This document shows, one piece after another, positions 44,810 to 53,841 of a stretch of 64,000 bases of DNA (positions are counted from its first letter, which is position 1; the number at the start of each line of letters is the position of its first letter). A model generated the notes under the pieces. That model made no database searches and had not been told where the DNA came from. It saw only the letters and a list, made by a program, of their open reading frames with translations. The DNA comes from a virus (lineage: Duplodnaviria; Caudoviricetes). Where the stretch lies: IMG/VR virus record IMGVR_UViG_2930734477_000003, positions 5,708 through 69,707 of that record. One strand, written 5' to 3'. The translations under genes and the position numbers were made by a program.

Positions 44810-45003
44810 ATGCCGCACCTCGGGCAGTTCTGGTGTTCGAGGTCCCGGCAGACGATGCAGGTGGTCTCTTCGTCGCCGTCGCCCCAGGGCAGGCCGGCGA
44901 CGTCGGTGCCGCACAGGGCGACGTCGGGGTTGCAGCAGACGACATGCACCTCGTCGTCCGCCGGCGCCAACGTGGTGACCGGTTCGGGCGCGATACTGGT
45001 CAT
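44806..45003 (-). CDS. Small Cys-rich protein
   Basis: HVVCC...ALCG...CIVC...CPRC. Confidence 0.65.
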   Translation of the reverse strand: MTSIAPEPVTTLAPADDEVHVVCCNPDVALCGTDVAGLPWGDGDEETTCIVCRDLEHQNCPRCGI

Positions 45004-45365
45004 ATGGGGTCACCCGCCGCCCGCATCAACTGCTCGTAGAGGGACCGCCCGCTGCGCCGGTCCTCGATGTGTCCGGCGGCGCCGCGGGCCGGCTCGACGG
45101 TGCTGTTGAGGGCGCGCGCCACGGCGAGCGCCGGGCACGGCAGCCCGAGCGGATTGCGGGGACCGGCGCACCAGCCGCACTCGTTGTCCGGCAGGTGGAC
45201 AGTCGCCTGGTCCTCCAGCAAACGGATCAGGGGTTCGCGGGCTCCGAGCAGGAGACGGATCATCTCCAGCAGCTCCCGGCTGTCGGAGTCCACCGACCCA
45301 GCGGTGATGTTGCGGTCGTCGCGGAGCCGGGCGGCGGCCGCGCGGAGTTCCTCCGTGGGGGTCAT
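45000..45365 (-). CDS. Hypothetical protein
   Basis: TPTEELRAAAARLR...ALAVARAL. Confidence 0.7.
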   Translation of the reverse strand: MTPTEELRAAAARLRDDRNITAGSVDSDSRELLEMIRLLLGAREPLIRLLEDQATVHLPDNECGWCAGPRNPLGLPCPALAVARALNSTVEPARGAAGHIEDRRSGRSLYEQLMRAAGDPI

Positions 45366-45679
45366 CCTTCACCGCCCGTCGTGGTCAGCCACTCCTGGTC
45401 GGGGGCGAGGCGGAGGATGGCCGTGCGGTCCTCGGAGGCCGCGAACCCCGAGCCGTCCGGGTCGACGTACCTGTGGCCGTCCTCGTTGCGCAGGTAGGCG
45501 GTGTAGCGGATGACAAGGCCGAACGCACTGTCCTCGATCACGATCTCCGAGTCCAGCGGTACGTCCGCCGGGTTGATGTCGTGCGCGAGCAGCCAGAGGT
45601 GTACCGGCTTCAAGCCGTCGGGGCGGCCGGCCAGCTTCTCCCACAGCTCGCGGCAGTCGATGACGTGACGGTTGTTCAT
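45362..45679 (-). CDS. Hypothetical protein
   Basis: WLLAHDINPADVP; coupled. Confidence 0.7.
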   Translation of the reverse strand: MNNRHVIDCRELWEKLAGRPDGLKPVHLWLLAHDINPADVPLDSEIVIEDSAFGLVIRYTAYLRNEDGHRYVDPDGSGFAASEDRTAILRLAPDQEWLTTTGGEG

Positions 45680-46020
45680 GCCTCAGCCCCACATTTCTTG
45701 CACGAGAACCCACTCGGCGGCATGTCCATGCACGTCTCGCAGTTCGGTCCGTTCAGGAGCGCGACTGGGGCAACACCGAGCGCCTCGGCAATGGCCACGA
45801 GTTCATCGACTGTCACGGCACGCAGGCTTCCCGATTCGTGCTGCCCGGTCTCAATCCGCGTGAGGACGGCCGGGTGCGTCGGGCGCCCACGCCCGCGGAG
45901 CATCGAGGCCAGCGCAGTGACGCTTAGGCCCTGCGCAACACGGAGGCGCCGAATATTCGCGCCTACTGCCCTGGATACCTTCACGTCCTCTTGCGTACGG
46001 GCCTGGGGTCCACGCTTCAC
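45676..46020 (-). CDS. XRE-family HTH protein with C-terminal CxxC pair
   Basis: VGANIRRLR...RIETG...TVDELVAIAEALGV; CETC, CKKC. Confidence 0.8.
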   Translation of the reverse strand: MKRGPQARTQEDVKVSRAVGANIRRLRVAQGLSVTALASMLRGRGRPTHPAVLTRIETGQHESGSLRAVTVDELVAIAEALGVAPVALLNGPNCETCMDMPPSGFSCKKCGAEA

Positions 46021-46214
46021 GGGCGGATCGCCTCCGGGCAGTCGGTCCAGCAGGAGTTGTTGTGACGGCGGCAGTAGCCGTCGTAGGTGAACCAGCGCCA
46101 GCACGGCAGCCGGAGCCGGTGTGAGCGGTGGCCGCAGTACCGCCAGTGGTAGCCCCCGACGACGGCCGTCCTGCGGTGACGGCCGAGGAGGCGCAGGTGC
46201 GCGAGGAGACTCAC
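46017..46214 (-). CDS. Small Cys/His-rich protein
   Basis: GTGA overlaps at both ends. Confidence 0.5.
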   Translation of the reverse strand: MSLLAHLRLLGRHRRTAVVGGYHWRYCGHRSHRLRLPCWRWFTYDGYCRRHNNSCWTDCPEAIRP

Positions 46215-46477
46215 GGCAAGGTCACCTCCAGGCGCCGGCGGCCGCCACGGTCCTGCTGTGTGGGGACGACGTGGTAGTCGGCCGCGCGCAGTTCGGCGGT
46301 GATGGCCTCGAGCTGGCCGGCCTCGCCCGGCCCGTCCCAGAAGACGTTGACCTGCCGGGGCCCGGCCTGGGCGACGCGTACGCCGGGGTCCCAGTCGCCG
46401 CCCTCGAACTCGGAGAACTCGTGGCCCTGGCAGCGGAGGAAGTCCTCCACCGCGGCGGCCCTGATGCGGCGCGCCAC
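46211..46477 (-). CDS. Hypothetical protein
   Basis: GTG start after GAAGGGG. Confidence 0.6.
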   Translation of the reverse strand: MARRIRAAAVEDFLRCQGHEFSEFEGGDWDPGVRVAQAGPRQVNVFWDGPGEAGQLEAITAELRAADYHVVPTQQDRGGRRRLEVTLP

Positions 46478-46479
46478 AG

Positions 46480-47193
46480 TCAGGCCCCCTTCGCGGTGTC
46501 GCGGCGGCCGCCGGGCGGGATTGCGGACAGTTCCCGTACCCGCGTGAGGTTGGCATCGGTGAAGCCGAAGGGCCGGAACAGCCCGCAGCGGGCGCACTTC
46601 CCGTAGACGTCGTGGTCCAGCACGGGCCGCGTGCACACACAGGTCGAGTGCGCGCGCTTGATCGATGAGCAGTCCTGGTGGAACAGCCCCTTTTCGCCCT
46701 GCCACCAGCGGGCCCGTGGGCCGTGCCACTGGTGGGAGACATTGACGGCGTCGCCCCTGCGGCTGCGTCCGCCGCACCAGGCGCAGCGGGTGAGGAGCCG
46801 TCGACGAAGCCGCTGATAGGTCCTGAACTGGAGCCTGTAGTGGTGGATGTGCCAGCGCCAGCCGCGCGTGTGCCTCCAAGTGCCGTCGCGGCGTTGGACA
46901 CGTTCGCTGCACACGGTCAGGCCGTCACGTCCGCCGGGCTCGTGGTGCCACACGGTGATCAAGGACGGGAAGTAGTAGTCCCTGCCCTTCAGCCGCCAGA
47001 ACGCGCTGTAACTGGAAGGCTTCCACCAGGGGAACGCGCCGTCGCTGTGGGCCGGGTCGTCGGCGCACCAGGTTCCGCAGTCGTGGTGAAGACGGACGCG
47101 CCAGCGCACGCCCTTGTCACCTGTAGCCGGGAGAGATGAACGCTCCGGCCACGGGCGACGGATCTCGAACACGACGGTCAGCGGGTCATGCAT
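46480..47193 (-). CDS. Trp/His/Cys-rich hypothetical protein
   Basis: MHDPLTVVFEIRRPW...WRWHIHHYRLQ...CAWCGG. Confidence 0.75.
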   Translation of the reverse strand: MHDPLTVVFEIRRPWPERSSLPATGDKGVRWRVRLHHDCGTWCADDPAHSDGAFPWWKPSSYSAFWRLKGRDYYFPSLITVWHHEPGGRDGLTVCSERVQRRDGTWRHTRGWRWHIHHYRLQFRTYQRLRRRLLTRCAWCGGRSRRGDAVNVSHQWHGPRARWWQGEKGLFHQDCSSIKRAHSTCVCTRPVLDHDVYGKCARCGLFRPFGFTDANLTRVRELSAIPPGGRRDTAKGA

Positions 47194-47344
47194 GGCCATC
47201 CTCCGTCGGGGCGTCGGTGCGGCGTACGGGCGGCCGGTGCTGGCAGGTGCAAGCCCAGGAGGCGCGGCCCGGGTTGGCGGGCTCGTCGCAGTGTTCGGCG
47301 CCGGGAGCGCCGTCGGCGGCGTCCATGCAGGGACGGCAGATCAA
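47186..47344 (-). CDS. Small Cys-rich protein (not in ORF track)
   Basis: GGAGG plus TTG start; ICRPC...HC...CTCQH. Confidence 0.55.
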   Translation of the reverse strand: MICRPCMDAADGAPGAEHCDEPANPGRASWACTCQHRPPVRRTDAPTEDGHA

Positions 47345-47346
47345 GG

Positions 47347-48441
47347 TCAGGCCTCCATCTCGTGCGGGAGGGTGCAGAGCGACTCAGCGGACTGGGCGCG
47401 GTGCTTGTAGTCGTACATCCCGCAGCGGGCGTAGAAGCCCGTGTCCTGCGGGTCGGTCGGCGGCTGATAGACGTCGCAGACGACGGGCCCGGTCGCCGCC
47501 GTGACCTCCTGCTTGTCCGGCTCGTCACCCCCGTTGACCTGGTGATTCGGGATTGTGGGCCCGTTCTTGTCCGCCTGGTTGTCCGCCGAGGTGTCCGGTG
47601 CCACATGCGCCCGGAGAGCCCGGCACATCGGAGGGCGGCCGGGAACCAGGCGGTGCGGCATCTGGCACTCAGGGCAGCGCGGCCGCGCACTCGGGCACGT
47701 CGTGTCCGAGCCGGGCGAGTGGATCCAGCCCGGGTCGAAGGAGTGCTCCGTCCACTCGGTCCGGGCGCCGCACACGCACACGAGCCCGGACTCGCCCACC
47801 CCCGGCAGGTCTGTGACCTGGGGCTGCGCTGCCGAGTGGACGACATCGCCGTGTCCGGCTCGTGATTCGTCCAGCGCCTCGCGCAGCTCCGTTCCGGCCG
47901 CCCGCACGAGGAACGCGGACGCGCCGTGAGCGCCCTGCCAGCGGTACGCCAGCGTGTAGGCGCGGCCGGCCAGGTTCCTCCAGCGGCCCCGTTCCTCGAG
48001 GACCTTGCCGACGACCGGCATGACGGCCTCGACGATCCGCTCGTCACCGGCCTCGACCGGAGCGGCGCGCCCGTCCTGCACCGCCTGGACGGCACGCGCC
48101 ACCTCCCGGCGCAGGTACGCGGTCTCGGCCTCCGGCCCGCACCACTGCGGGGGCACGTCGAACGCGTCCACGACGTCGACCATCAGCTCCCGGCGGGCAG
48201 CCTCGAACTCGTCGGCCCAGATGATGTGGAGGTCGCCCTGCCCGCCGTGGTCGTGGATGTCGACGATGGAGGCGACGCCGTCCGGGTGCGGGGTGGTCAG
48301 CGCCCACTTGCCGCGCCAGTGGATGACCGCGTGCCCGTCGGGGAACTCGACGCCGTCGGCGACGATGCCCGTGCCGGACACGCCACTCAGGTCACGGTCC
48401 CTGCGCAGGACGAACGGGCGGCCGAAGACCATGTCGCTCAC
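47347..48441 (-). CDS. Multi-domain hypothetical protein
   Basis: FVLRRDRDLSGVSGTGIVADGVEFPDG N-domain recurrent in actinophages. Confidence 0.75.
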   Translation of the reverse strand: MSDMVFGRPFVLRRDRDLSGVSGTGIVADGVEFPDGHAVIHWRGKWALTTPHPDGVASIVDIHDHGGQGDLHIIWADEFEAARRELMVDVVDAFDVPPQWCGPEAETAYLRREVARAVQAVQDGRAAPVEAGDERIVEAVMPVVGKVLEERGRWRNLAGRAYTLAYRWQGAHGASAFLVRAAGTELREALDESRAGHGDVVHSAAQPQVTDLPGVGESGLVCVCGARTEWTEHSFDPGWIHSPGSDTTCPSARPRCPECQMPHRLVPGRPPMCRALRAHVAPDTSADNQADKNGPTIPNHQVNGGDEPDKQEVTAATGPVVCDVYQPPTDPQDTGFYARCGMYDYKHRAQSAESLCTLPHEMEA

Positions 48442-48833
48442 GTCGACGCCCCCTCGGCATGCTCGGGACCGGCCGCCCGGGCGGCCGTCTCGCGGGTGGG
48501 CCACCACGCTTCGTGCTTGTCCTGGCGGCACAGCGCGCACAGGGCGCCGTGCCAGGTCCGCGTGCCGCACTCACCGCACTGCGACCGCGGCCGCTGCGGG
48601 GGTTCGCCGCCCTGCATGACGTGCACGCAGTCCGGGCACAGCCCCTCGGGCAGCGCGGCGTCCGGACCGGTCTTCAAGAGTTCCTCGGGGACGACAGCCA
48701 TGGCCTCGCAGGCGGTCAGGGCGAGGACGCCGGCCACCGGCTCGGGCAGAAACACGGGCGACGGAAAGATGTGCCGGTGCTGCGGGTCTGCGTCGGCGTA
48801 GGGGCTGTGCGGGTTCGGGGCGAGTCGGGTCAT
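48438..48833 (-). CDS. Zinc-binding hypothetical protein
   Basis: GAAAGGA RBS; three CxxC motifs. Confidence 0.7.
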   Translation of the reverse strand: MTRLAPNPHSPYADADPQHRHIFPSPVFLPEPVAGVLALTACEAMAVVPEELLKTGPDAALPEGLCPDCVHVMQGGEPPQRPRSQCGECGTRTWHGALCALCRQDKHEAWWPTRETAARAAGPEHAEGAST

Positions 48834-48857
48834 AGCGATGGTTCCTTTCGTCCTGTC

Positions 48858-48890
48858 GGGCACGGCCCCCGCGGGTAGGGGGCCGTGCCC
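48858..48890. terminator. 13-bp hairpin after DUF6745 partner gene
   Basis: GGGCACGGCCCCC / GGGGGCCGTGCCC. Confidence 0.55.
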
Positions 48891-48924
48891 TGAGTGGCCG
48901 CCGGTTCAGGCGTTCACCGGTGGA

Positions 48925-49338
48925 TCAGTCGGCGACCGTGCGCCACGCGCCCGCCCACTCCCGCTGGCGGCCGATGCGGTAGGTGCCGGGGGCGATGGCC
49001 ATTCCCCCGTGCTCCGGGTGGAGCAGGTACGCCTCCGCGCCCTCGGGGACGGTGAGCGTGCCGAGGACCAGCTCGTCGCCGCGGCCGTCGGCCGGGGTGA
49101 AGCACACGCCGGCGCCGGGTGCAGCGTGGAGGCTGTGCGTGTTGCCGCCGGCCTCGCCCCGGACGACCGGGTAGCCGGCCTGCGGCAGGGCGGTGGTGGC
49201 GGGCGGGGTGGTGACGCGGAGGACGCTGACGTCGCCCTGGCAGGCGGCGCGGGTGACGACGGGCAGGGTGGCCTGGCGGTCGAGGTGGTCGAGGACGCGG
49301 GTGGCGGCCAGGGTCTCCAGCTCGGACAGGGTGATCAT
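48925..49338 (-). CDS. DUF6745-associated His-motif protein
   Basis: QGDV...GE.GGNTH...HPEHG...PGTYRIGRQRE. Confidence 0.8.
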   Translation of the reverse strand: MITLSELETLAATRVLDHLDRQATLPVVTRAACQGDVSVLRVTTPPATTALPQAGYPVVRGEAGGNTHSLHAAPGAGVCFTPADGRGDELVLGTLTVPEGAEAYLLHPEHGGMAIAPGTYRIGRQREWAGAWRTVAD

Positions 49339-49357
49339 GATGGTGCCTTTCGGTGGG

Positions 49358-50662
49358 TTAGCGGCGGACTTCGAGCTGCTGGTAGGCGGCTGTGGGCATG
49401 CCGTACATCTCGGCGGCGGCCGCGATGGGGTCGGTGTGGTGTGCGGGGACGGGGAGGCCGAACCGACGGTGCTCGCCGTCGGGTTCGGGGCTGCCGTTGA
49501 CACACAGGAGGATGCGGGCGGGCTCCTCGTAGAGGTCATCGAGTCCCTCGGGAAGGTCGTAGAGGGCGAGGTGATAGGGGTGGTTGCCGGGGTCCGGCGC
49601 GGAGGCGATCTTGCGGAGCCCGGAGTCCTGGATGAACCGGTCCCAGCCGAGACGCTCGATGGCGCAGCGGCGAATCTCCGCGTTGGGCTCGTCAAAGATC
49701 TGCTTGAGAGACCAGTCGGTCTCGATCAGGGATCGGGGGACGCGCACGCCATGCCAGGCCCAGACGCTGAAGCCGTCCGGGTAGGCGAGCGCGGGGCCGT
49801 CCTCGCAGTGCAGGCGCGCCTGCCCGTCGCGGTGCAGCACGGTCGGGCGTTCGGTGAGGATGACCGCGTTCTGGAAGGGCCACCACCAGCCCGCGGAGCG
49901 CGCGACGCGCATCATTCCGGCGAGGCGGTCGGCGTCCTGGATGGTGCAGTGGGTGCGGAAGTAGTCGTAGAAGGCGAGCCAGCCGGCGTCGTGCTGGCCG
50001 AATACGGCTTCCCGGACCTGGTCCCGGACCTGGTCCCGGACCTGGTCCCCGACCTGGTCCCGGACCTGGTCCCAGACCTGGTCCCGGACCTGGTCCCCGA
50101 CCTGGCCCCAGACCTGGTCCCGGACCTGGTCCCGGACCTGGTCCCAGACCTGGTCCCAGACCTGGTCCCAGACCTGGTCCCGGACCTGGTCCCGGACCTG
50201 GTCCCAGACCTGGTCCCCGACCTGGCCCCAGACCTGGTCCCGGACCTGGTCCCAGACCTGGTCCCGGACCTGGTCCCGGACCTGGTCCCGGACCTGGTCC
50301 CGGACCTGGTCCCAGACCTGGTCCCCGACCTGGTCCCCGACCTGGTCCCCGACCTGGTCCCCGACCTGGTCCCCGACCTGGTCCCCGACCTGGCCCCGGA
50401 CCTGGTCCCCGACCTGGTCCCGGACCTGGTCCCGTGCGGTTGTCAGCATCCATGCCCCGATCGCGCCGGCCATCGGCGAGTTCAGCCAGATCACCGTCTG
50501 CGGCGGTTCCAGTCCTGCGGCGCGGTACGCCTCCGCGACGCCTGCTTCGGCCTCCGGCCGGTCGGCGGGTCCTGTGGCGAGGCCGTGGGCGAGCCAGGCG
50601 TCGCGGGTGGTAGCGAGGGCCGCGATCTGTTGGTCGGTGAGTTGGGTGATCCTGCTGGTCAT
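49358..50662 (-). CDS. DUF6745 domain protein with (D/G)QV(R/G/W) x35 repeat
   Basis: GQHDAGWL; GWWWPF; LHRDGQARLHCEDGPALAYPDGFSVWAWHG; NAEIRR. Confidence 0.9.
   Translation of the reverse strand: MTSRITQLTDQQIAALATTRDAWLAHGLATGPADRPEAEAGVAEAYRAAGLEPPQTVIWLNSPMAGAIGAWMLTTARDQVRDQVGDQVRGQVGDQVGDQVGDQVGDQVGDQVGDQVWDQVRDQVRDQVRDQVRDQVWDQVRDQVWGQVGDQVWDQVRDQVRDQVWDQVWDQVWDQVRDQVRDQVWGQVGDQVRDQVWDQVRDQVGDQVRDQVRDQVREAVFGQHDAGWLAFYDYFRTHCTIQDADRLAGMMRVARSAGWWWPFQNAVILTERPTVLHRDGQARLHCEDGPALAYPDGFSVWAWHGVRVPRSLIETDWSLKQIFDEPNAEIRRCAIERLGWDRFIQDSGLRKIASAPDPGNHPYHLALYDLPEGLDDLYEEPARILLCVNGSPEPDGEHRRFGLPVPAHHTDPIAAAAEMYGMPTAAYQQLEVRR
50012..50431 (-). repeat. 35 x 12-bp tandem repeat G(A/G)CCAGGTC(C/G/T)GG
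   Basis: Counted from translation and sequence; 420 bp. Confidence 0.95.
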
Positions 50663-52173
50663 CGCATGGCTCCTTCATGCCGGGCCGCGGTGGTGCGCTG
50701 GCGCGGGATGGGCAGGGTGAGCGTGGTCTCGGTCTCCGGGTCCAGGAGCTTCACGACGGGGGGCCGGCGGAGTGTCACGGTGTCGTCGTCCGGCAGGGCG
50801 GCCGGCTCGGAGGCCGGGGTGTCGAGGGCGACTTCGGCGCCGTTCTGGCGGGTGCCCCAGCCGGTGCGGGCGCAGGTGGCCATGCCGTACCAGCGCATGA
50901 CCCGCAGCACGGTCCACGAGCCGGCCACGGCGAGCGGCATCAGCAGCCAGGTGACGAGCCGGCCGCCGAGGCGCTCGTCGCTGCGGGCGATGGACAGGTA
51001 CCGCAGGGCCTGGGCCCACCCGATGAGGAAGGGCACCACCAGGAACGAGGCGGGCGGTGTGCGCCCGTACAGGGCGGGCTCGACGACGAGCAGCCAGCCG
51101 AGGACCGCGGTGGACAGGGCGACCTGGACCCAGCGCAGGAGGTGGGCCCAGTACGCCCAGCCGGTCAGTGGGAGGTAGCGGAAGCGCCACACGGAGCGGA
51201 TGGTGGAGCCGCGCATCCAGCGCATGTACATGCGGGCGAAGTGCGAGGCGCGTTCGGGCAGGGCGGTGAACACGACGGCGGACGGCTGCTGGACCGTGCG
51301 GCCGCGCAGGAGCGCGTACAGGGTGAGCAGGGAGTCGTCGGAGAACATCACCGGGCGGCCCATGAAGCGCTCGTTCAGGTAGGAGTTGAGGTTGTCGCGG
51401 ACGACGGGGGCCCGGTAGGCGGCCAGCGGGCCGGAGTTGACGAGGACCGAGCCGGTCGCGGACAGGGCGGAGCGGTCGGTGAGCTGGCCGGTCGTGAACC
51501 ACAGGTCGGTGACGCGGGTGAGGAGGTTCCGGCGGGCGTTCGTGGCGAGGACGATTCCCGCGACGGACTGCACCCGGGCTTTCGCGAACGGCAGCAGCAG
51601 TTCCTCGAGGGCGTTGGGTGCCAGGCACGAGTCGGAGTCCACGGTGACGTACACGGCCGCGTCCGGGGATGCGTGGACGGCGGCGGCCTGCGCGTGGCGC
51701 TTGCCGCCGTTGGGGGTGCGCTGCCAGGTGGTGGCGATGCCGGCGATCCGTGCGGCCTGGGTCCACCAGGCGCGCACGTCGCCGTAGGTGCTGCTGGTGG
51801 AGCCGTCGTCGACGATGTGGACGCTGTCGGGGCGGCGGGTCTGGGCGAGCATCGACTCCAGACCGAGCCGCAGGTAGCCGGGGTCTTCGTTGTAGACGGG
51901 CAGCAGTACTGCCACGTGCAGCGCGTCGAGCTGGCGGCGGGCGCGGCTGGTGGTGCGCCGGGGCCGCTCGCAGTGGTACATGACGGTCTGGGTGGCCAGC
52001 AGCAGGAAGGTGGCTGCCCAGACCGCGGCGAGGCGGGATCCGCCGGGGCCCGTGTAGTGGGCGGCCTGCACGCCGTGGTGTACGGCCCATGCGGCGGCCA
52101 GGGTGAGGCATATGGCGCCGGTGAGGAGTACTCCGGAGCGGTGCCGGTGGGCGGTGAGGGGTCGCATGGTCAC
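50659..52173 (-). CDS. Membrane processive GT2 glycosyltransferase (hyaluronan synthase/NodC-like)
   Basis: PVYNE, VDDGS, GGKRHAQ, TVDSDS, SGPLAAYR, SDDSLLT, MYMRW (QxxRW variant), terminal WGTR; flanking TM helices. Confidence 0.9.
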   Translation of the reverse strand: MTMRPLTAHRHRSGVLLTGAICLTLAAAWAVHHGVQAAHYTGPGGSRLAAVWAATFLLLATQTVMYHCERPRRTTSRARRQLDALHVAVLLPVYNEDPGYLRLGLESMLAQTRRPDSVHIVDDGSTSSTYGDVRAWWTQAARIAGIATTWQRTPNGGKRHAQAAAVHASPDAAVYVTVDSDSCLAPNALEELLLPFAKARVQSVAGIVLATNARRNLLTRVTDLWFTTGQLTDRSALSATGSVLVNSGPLAAYRAPVVRDNLNSYLNERFMGRPVMFSDDSLLTLYALLRGRTVQQPSAVVFTALPERASHFARMYMRWMRGSTIRSVWRFRYLPLTGWAYWAHLLRWVQVALSTAVLGWLLVVEPALYGRTPPASFLVVPFLIGWAQALRYLSIARSDERLGGRLVTWLLMPLAVAGSWTVLRVMRWYGMATCARTGWGTRQNGAEVALDTPASEPAALPDDDTVTLRRPPVVKLLDPETETTLTLPIPRQRTTAARHEGAMR

Positions 52174-52334
52174 CGGTCGCCGGCCTTCCGGCCGCGGCGG
52201 AAGCCGGCGCGGATGCACAGGGCGCCGACGGTGACGACGGCGAGGGCGGCGGCCAGCAGGTACCAGCCGGTGACGGCGACCCCGCCGATGACGAGGGCTC
52301 CGGCCGTTCCGGTGCGGGCGAGCTGGTCGGACAT
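52170..52334 (-). CDS. 54-aa membrane peptide with LARTG sorting-signal-like motif (not in ORF track)
   Basis: MSDQLARTGTAGALVIGGVAVTGWYLLAAALAVVTVGALCIRAGFRRGRKAGDR; GGAG RBS; stop overlaps the GT2 start. Confidence 0.75.
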   Translation of the reverse strand: MSDQLARTGTAGALVIGGVAVTGWYLLAAALAVVTVGALCIRAGFRRGRKAGDR

Positions 52335-52338
52335 GGGA

Positions 52339-52557
52339 CTACTCCGTGGGGTGGTTGGTGGTGCCGAGCCGTTCGATGGCCCGGCAGGTGGCGAGGGTGC
52401 GGCGCCGTTCCCGGCGCGCTGTGCGCCGTTCGCGGAGGTCGGCGATCCGGCCGAGGGCGGCGTGGACGGCGAAGCAGAGGAAGACGAAGGCCAGGAGGCC
52501 GGCGGCGGCGCTCTGGCCGCCGATCACGGCGATGGTGCAGGTCTGGACGGGTGTCAT
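52339..52557 (-). CDS. Small membrane protein
   Basis: One TM plus basic tail. Confidence 0.6.
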   Translation of the reverse strand: MTPVQTCTIAVIGGQSAAAGLLAFVFLCFAVHAALGRIADLRERRTARRERRRTLATCRAIERLGTTNHPTE

Positions 52558-52799
52558 GGCCGTCCTCGCTCCCGGCGGGGCCGGAGCGCGGCGTGGAGGG
52601 CTGCCCCGGACAGTGCGACGGCGAGGGCGAGGAGGCCGACGGTCCAGCCGGTGAGGTCGCGGTACGCGGTGTCGGCGGACCCGAGGACGGCGGCGAGGGC
52701 CAGGAGGCCGCAGAACCAACTGTCGGGCAGGCCGAAGAAGACGGCCGTGAGGAACGCGGCCGCGCCGACGGTGAACGCGGCGATGGCGATCGGGGACAC
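52554..52799 (-). CDS. Small membrane protein
   Basis: GAAAGG RBS; hydrophobic. Confidence 0.6.
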   Translation of the reverse strand: MSPIAIAAFTVGAAAFLTAVFFGLPDSWFCGLLALAAVLGSADTAYRDLTGWTVGLLALAVALSGAALHAALRPRRERGRP

Positions 52800-52813
52800 G
52801 GGGGTGCTGCCTT

Positions 52814-53158
52814 TCATGCGGTGGCGGGTGCGGTACGGCGGACGCCCTGGAACCGGCGGGCCAGGCGGCGGAGTCTGCGGCGGGTGCCGTCGCCTCCGCC
52901 GCCGGACCACCACCGCCACAGGCACACCGCGCAGACGGCCCCGTTCACCAGGGCGACGGGCCAGACGCCGGAACGGATGGCGTCCCAGCCGCACAGGCCG
53001 TTGCCCACCCCGAGCAGTCCATCCGCCTGGCGATCGGTGAGGCGCCGGCTGAGGACTCCTGCGAAGGCGAGCAGCGCCACCGTCATGCCGATAGTGCCGA
53101 GAGAGGGCATGGGGACTCCGGGAGTTCGAAGCGGTTGAGGAGAGGGCGGGCGCGTCAT
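52814..53158 (-). CDS. Small membrane protein
   Basis: TM segments; WRWWSGGGGDGTRRRLR. Confidence 0.65.
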   Translation of the reverse strand: MTRPPSPQPLRTPGVPMPSLGTIGMTVALLAFAGVLSRRLTDRQADGLLGVGNGLCGWDAIRSGVWPVALVNGAVCAVCLWRWWSGGGGDGTRRRLRRLARRFQGVRRTAPATA

Positions 53159-53838
53159 GCCGGTCTCTTGTGGGCGAGCAGGCCGAGCCGCTCGCGGACG
53201 CGCTGCACCTGCGTGGTGCTGAGGGCCATCCGGCGGGCGATCTGGAGGTCGTCGAGCCCTTCCGACCACAGGCGGTACACGCGCCGCTCGTGCGGGGTGG
53301 AGCCCTTCACCGGGGGCTGTTTCCGCGGGCTCCGGCCGCTGTCCGTACCGGCGGGCGCGGGCTGCCCGGCGGTGGCTTCGGCGGCGAGCTGGGTACGCGC
53401 CGTCTCCCGCTGCGAGACGAGGCCGAGCATGCCGCGGTCGCGCAGCAGCTTGCCCGTCCAGCACTTCGGATCGACCGGCTCGTCCAGCCACAGATGCCTG
53501 AGCAGCGCCTGATACGTACCGCACCGTTCGTGGCCGCTCAGGGCGACCCGGGCGGGGTCGTCCGCCCGGCGCGCCGCCTTGCGGTCGAGGCGGAACCGCT
53601 CGGTGGGGGTGAGGCCGGCGGCGACCGATTCACGGTTGTCCTTGTGCAGGCCGGCCTCGGACTCTTTCGTGTAGGCGAGGCATTCGGAGCGGACCGGGCA
53701 GCGGACGATGCAGATGGTGCGTGCTTCGTGCTCGCGCTCGATGTCGTCGAAGACGGCGCGTTCGTCGGCGCAGGCGGCGCGGGCCATCCACTCGTAGTGG
53801 CTGTGGCGGATGTCGGGTACGGATCCGGTGTAGGCCAT
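53155..53838 (-). CDS. WhiB-family protein with extra Zn-like motif and C-terminal HTH
   Basis: WMARAAC...ARTICIVRCPVRSECL...AGLTPTER. Confidence 0.85.
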   Translation of the reverse strand: MAYTGSVPDIRHSHYEWMARAACADERAVFDDIEREHEARTICIVRCPVRSECLAYTKESEAGLHKDNRESVAAGLTPTERFRLDRKAARRADDPARVALSGHERCGTYQALLRHLWLDEPVDPKCWTGKLLRDRGMLGLVSQRETARTQLAAEATAGQPAPAGTDSGRSPRKQPPVKGSTPHERRVYRLWSEGLDDLQIARRMALSTTQVQRVRERLGLLAHKRPA

Positions 53839-53841
53839 GGG

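Noticed and set aside
50012-50431. Possible CRISPR array or DGR variable region
   Set aside because: Contiguous 12-bp units without spacers, in frame in a CDS; no cas or reverse transcriptase gene in the window
49692-50678. Collagen-like GPGPG ORF (and LVPD-repeat ORF on the plus strand)
   Set aside because: Alternate readings of the same repeat; DUF6745 motifs flank the repeat only in the DQVR frame
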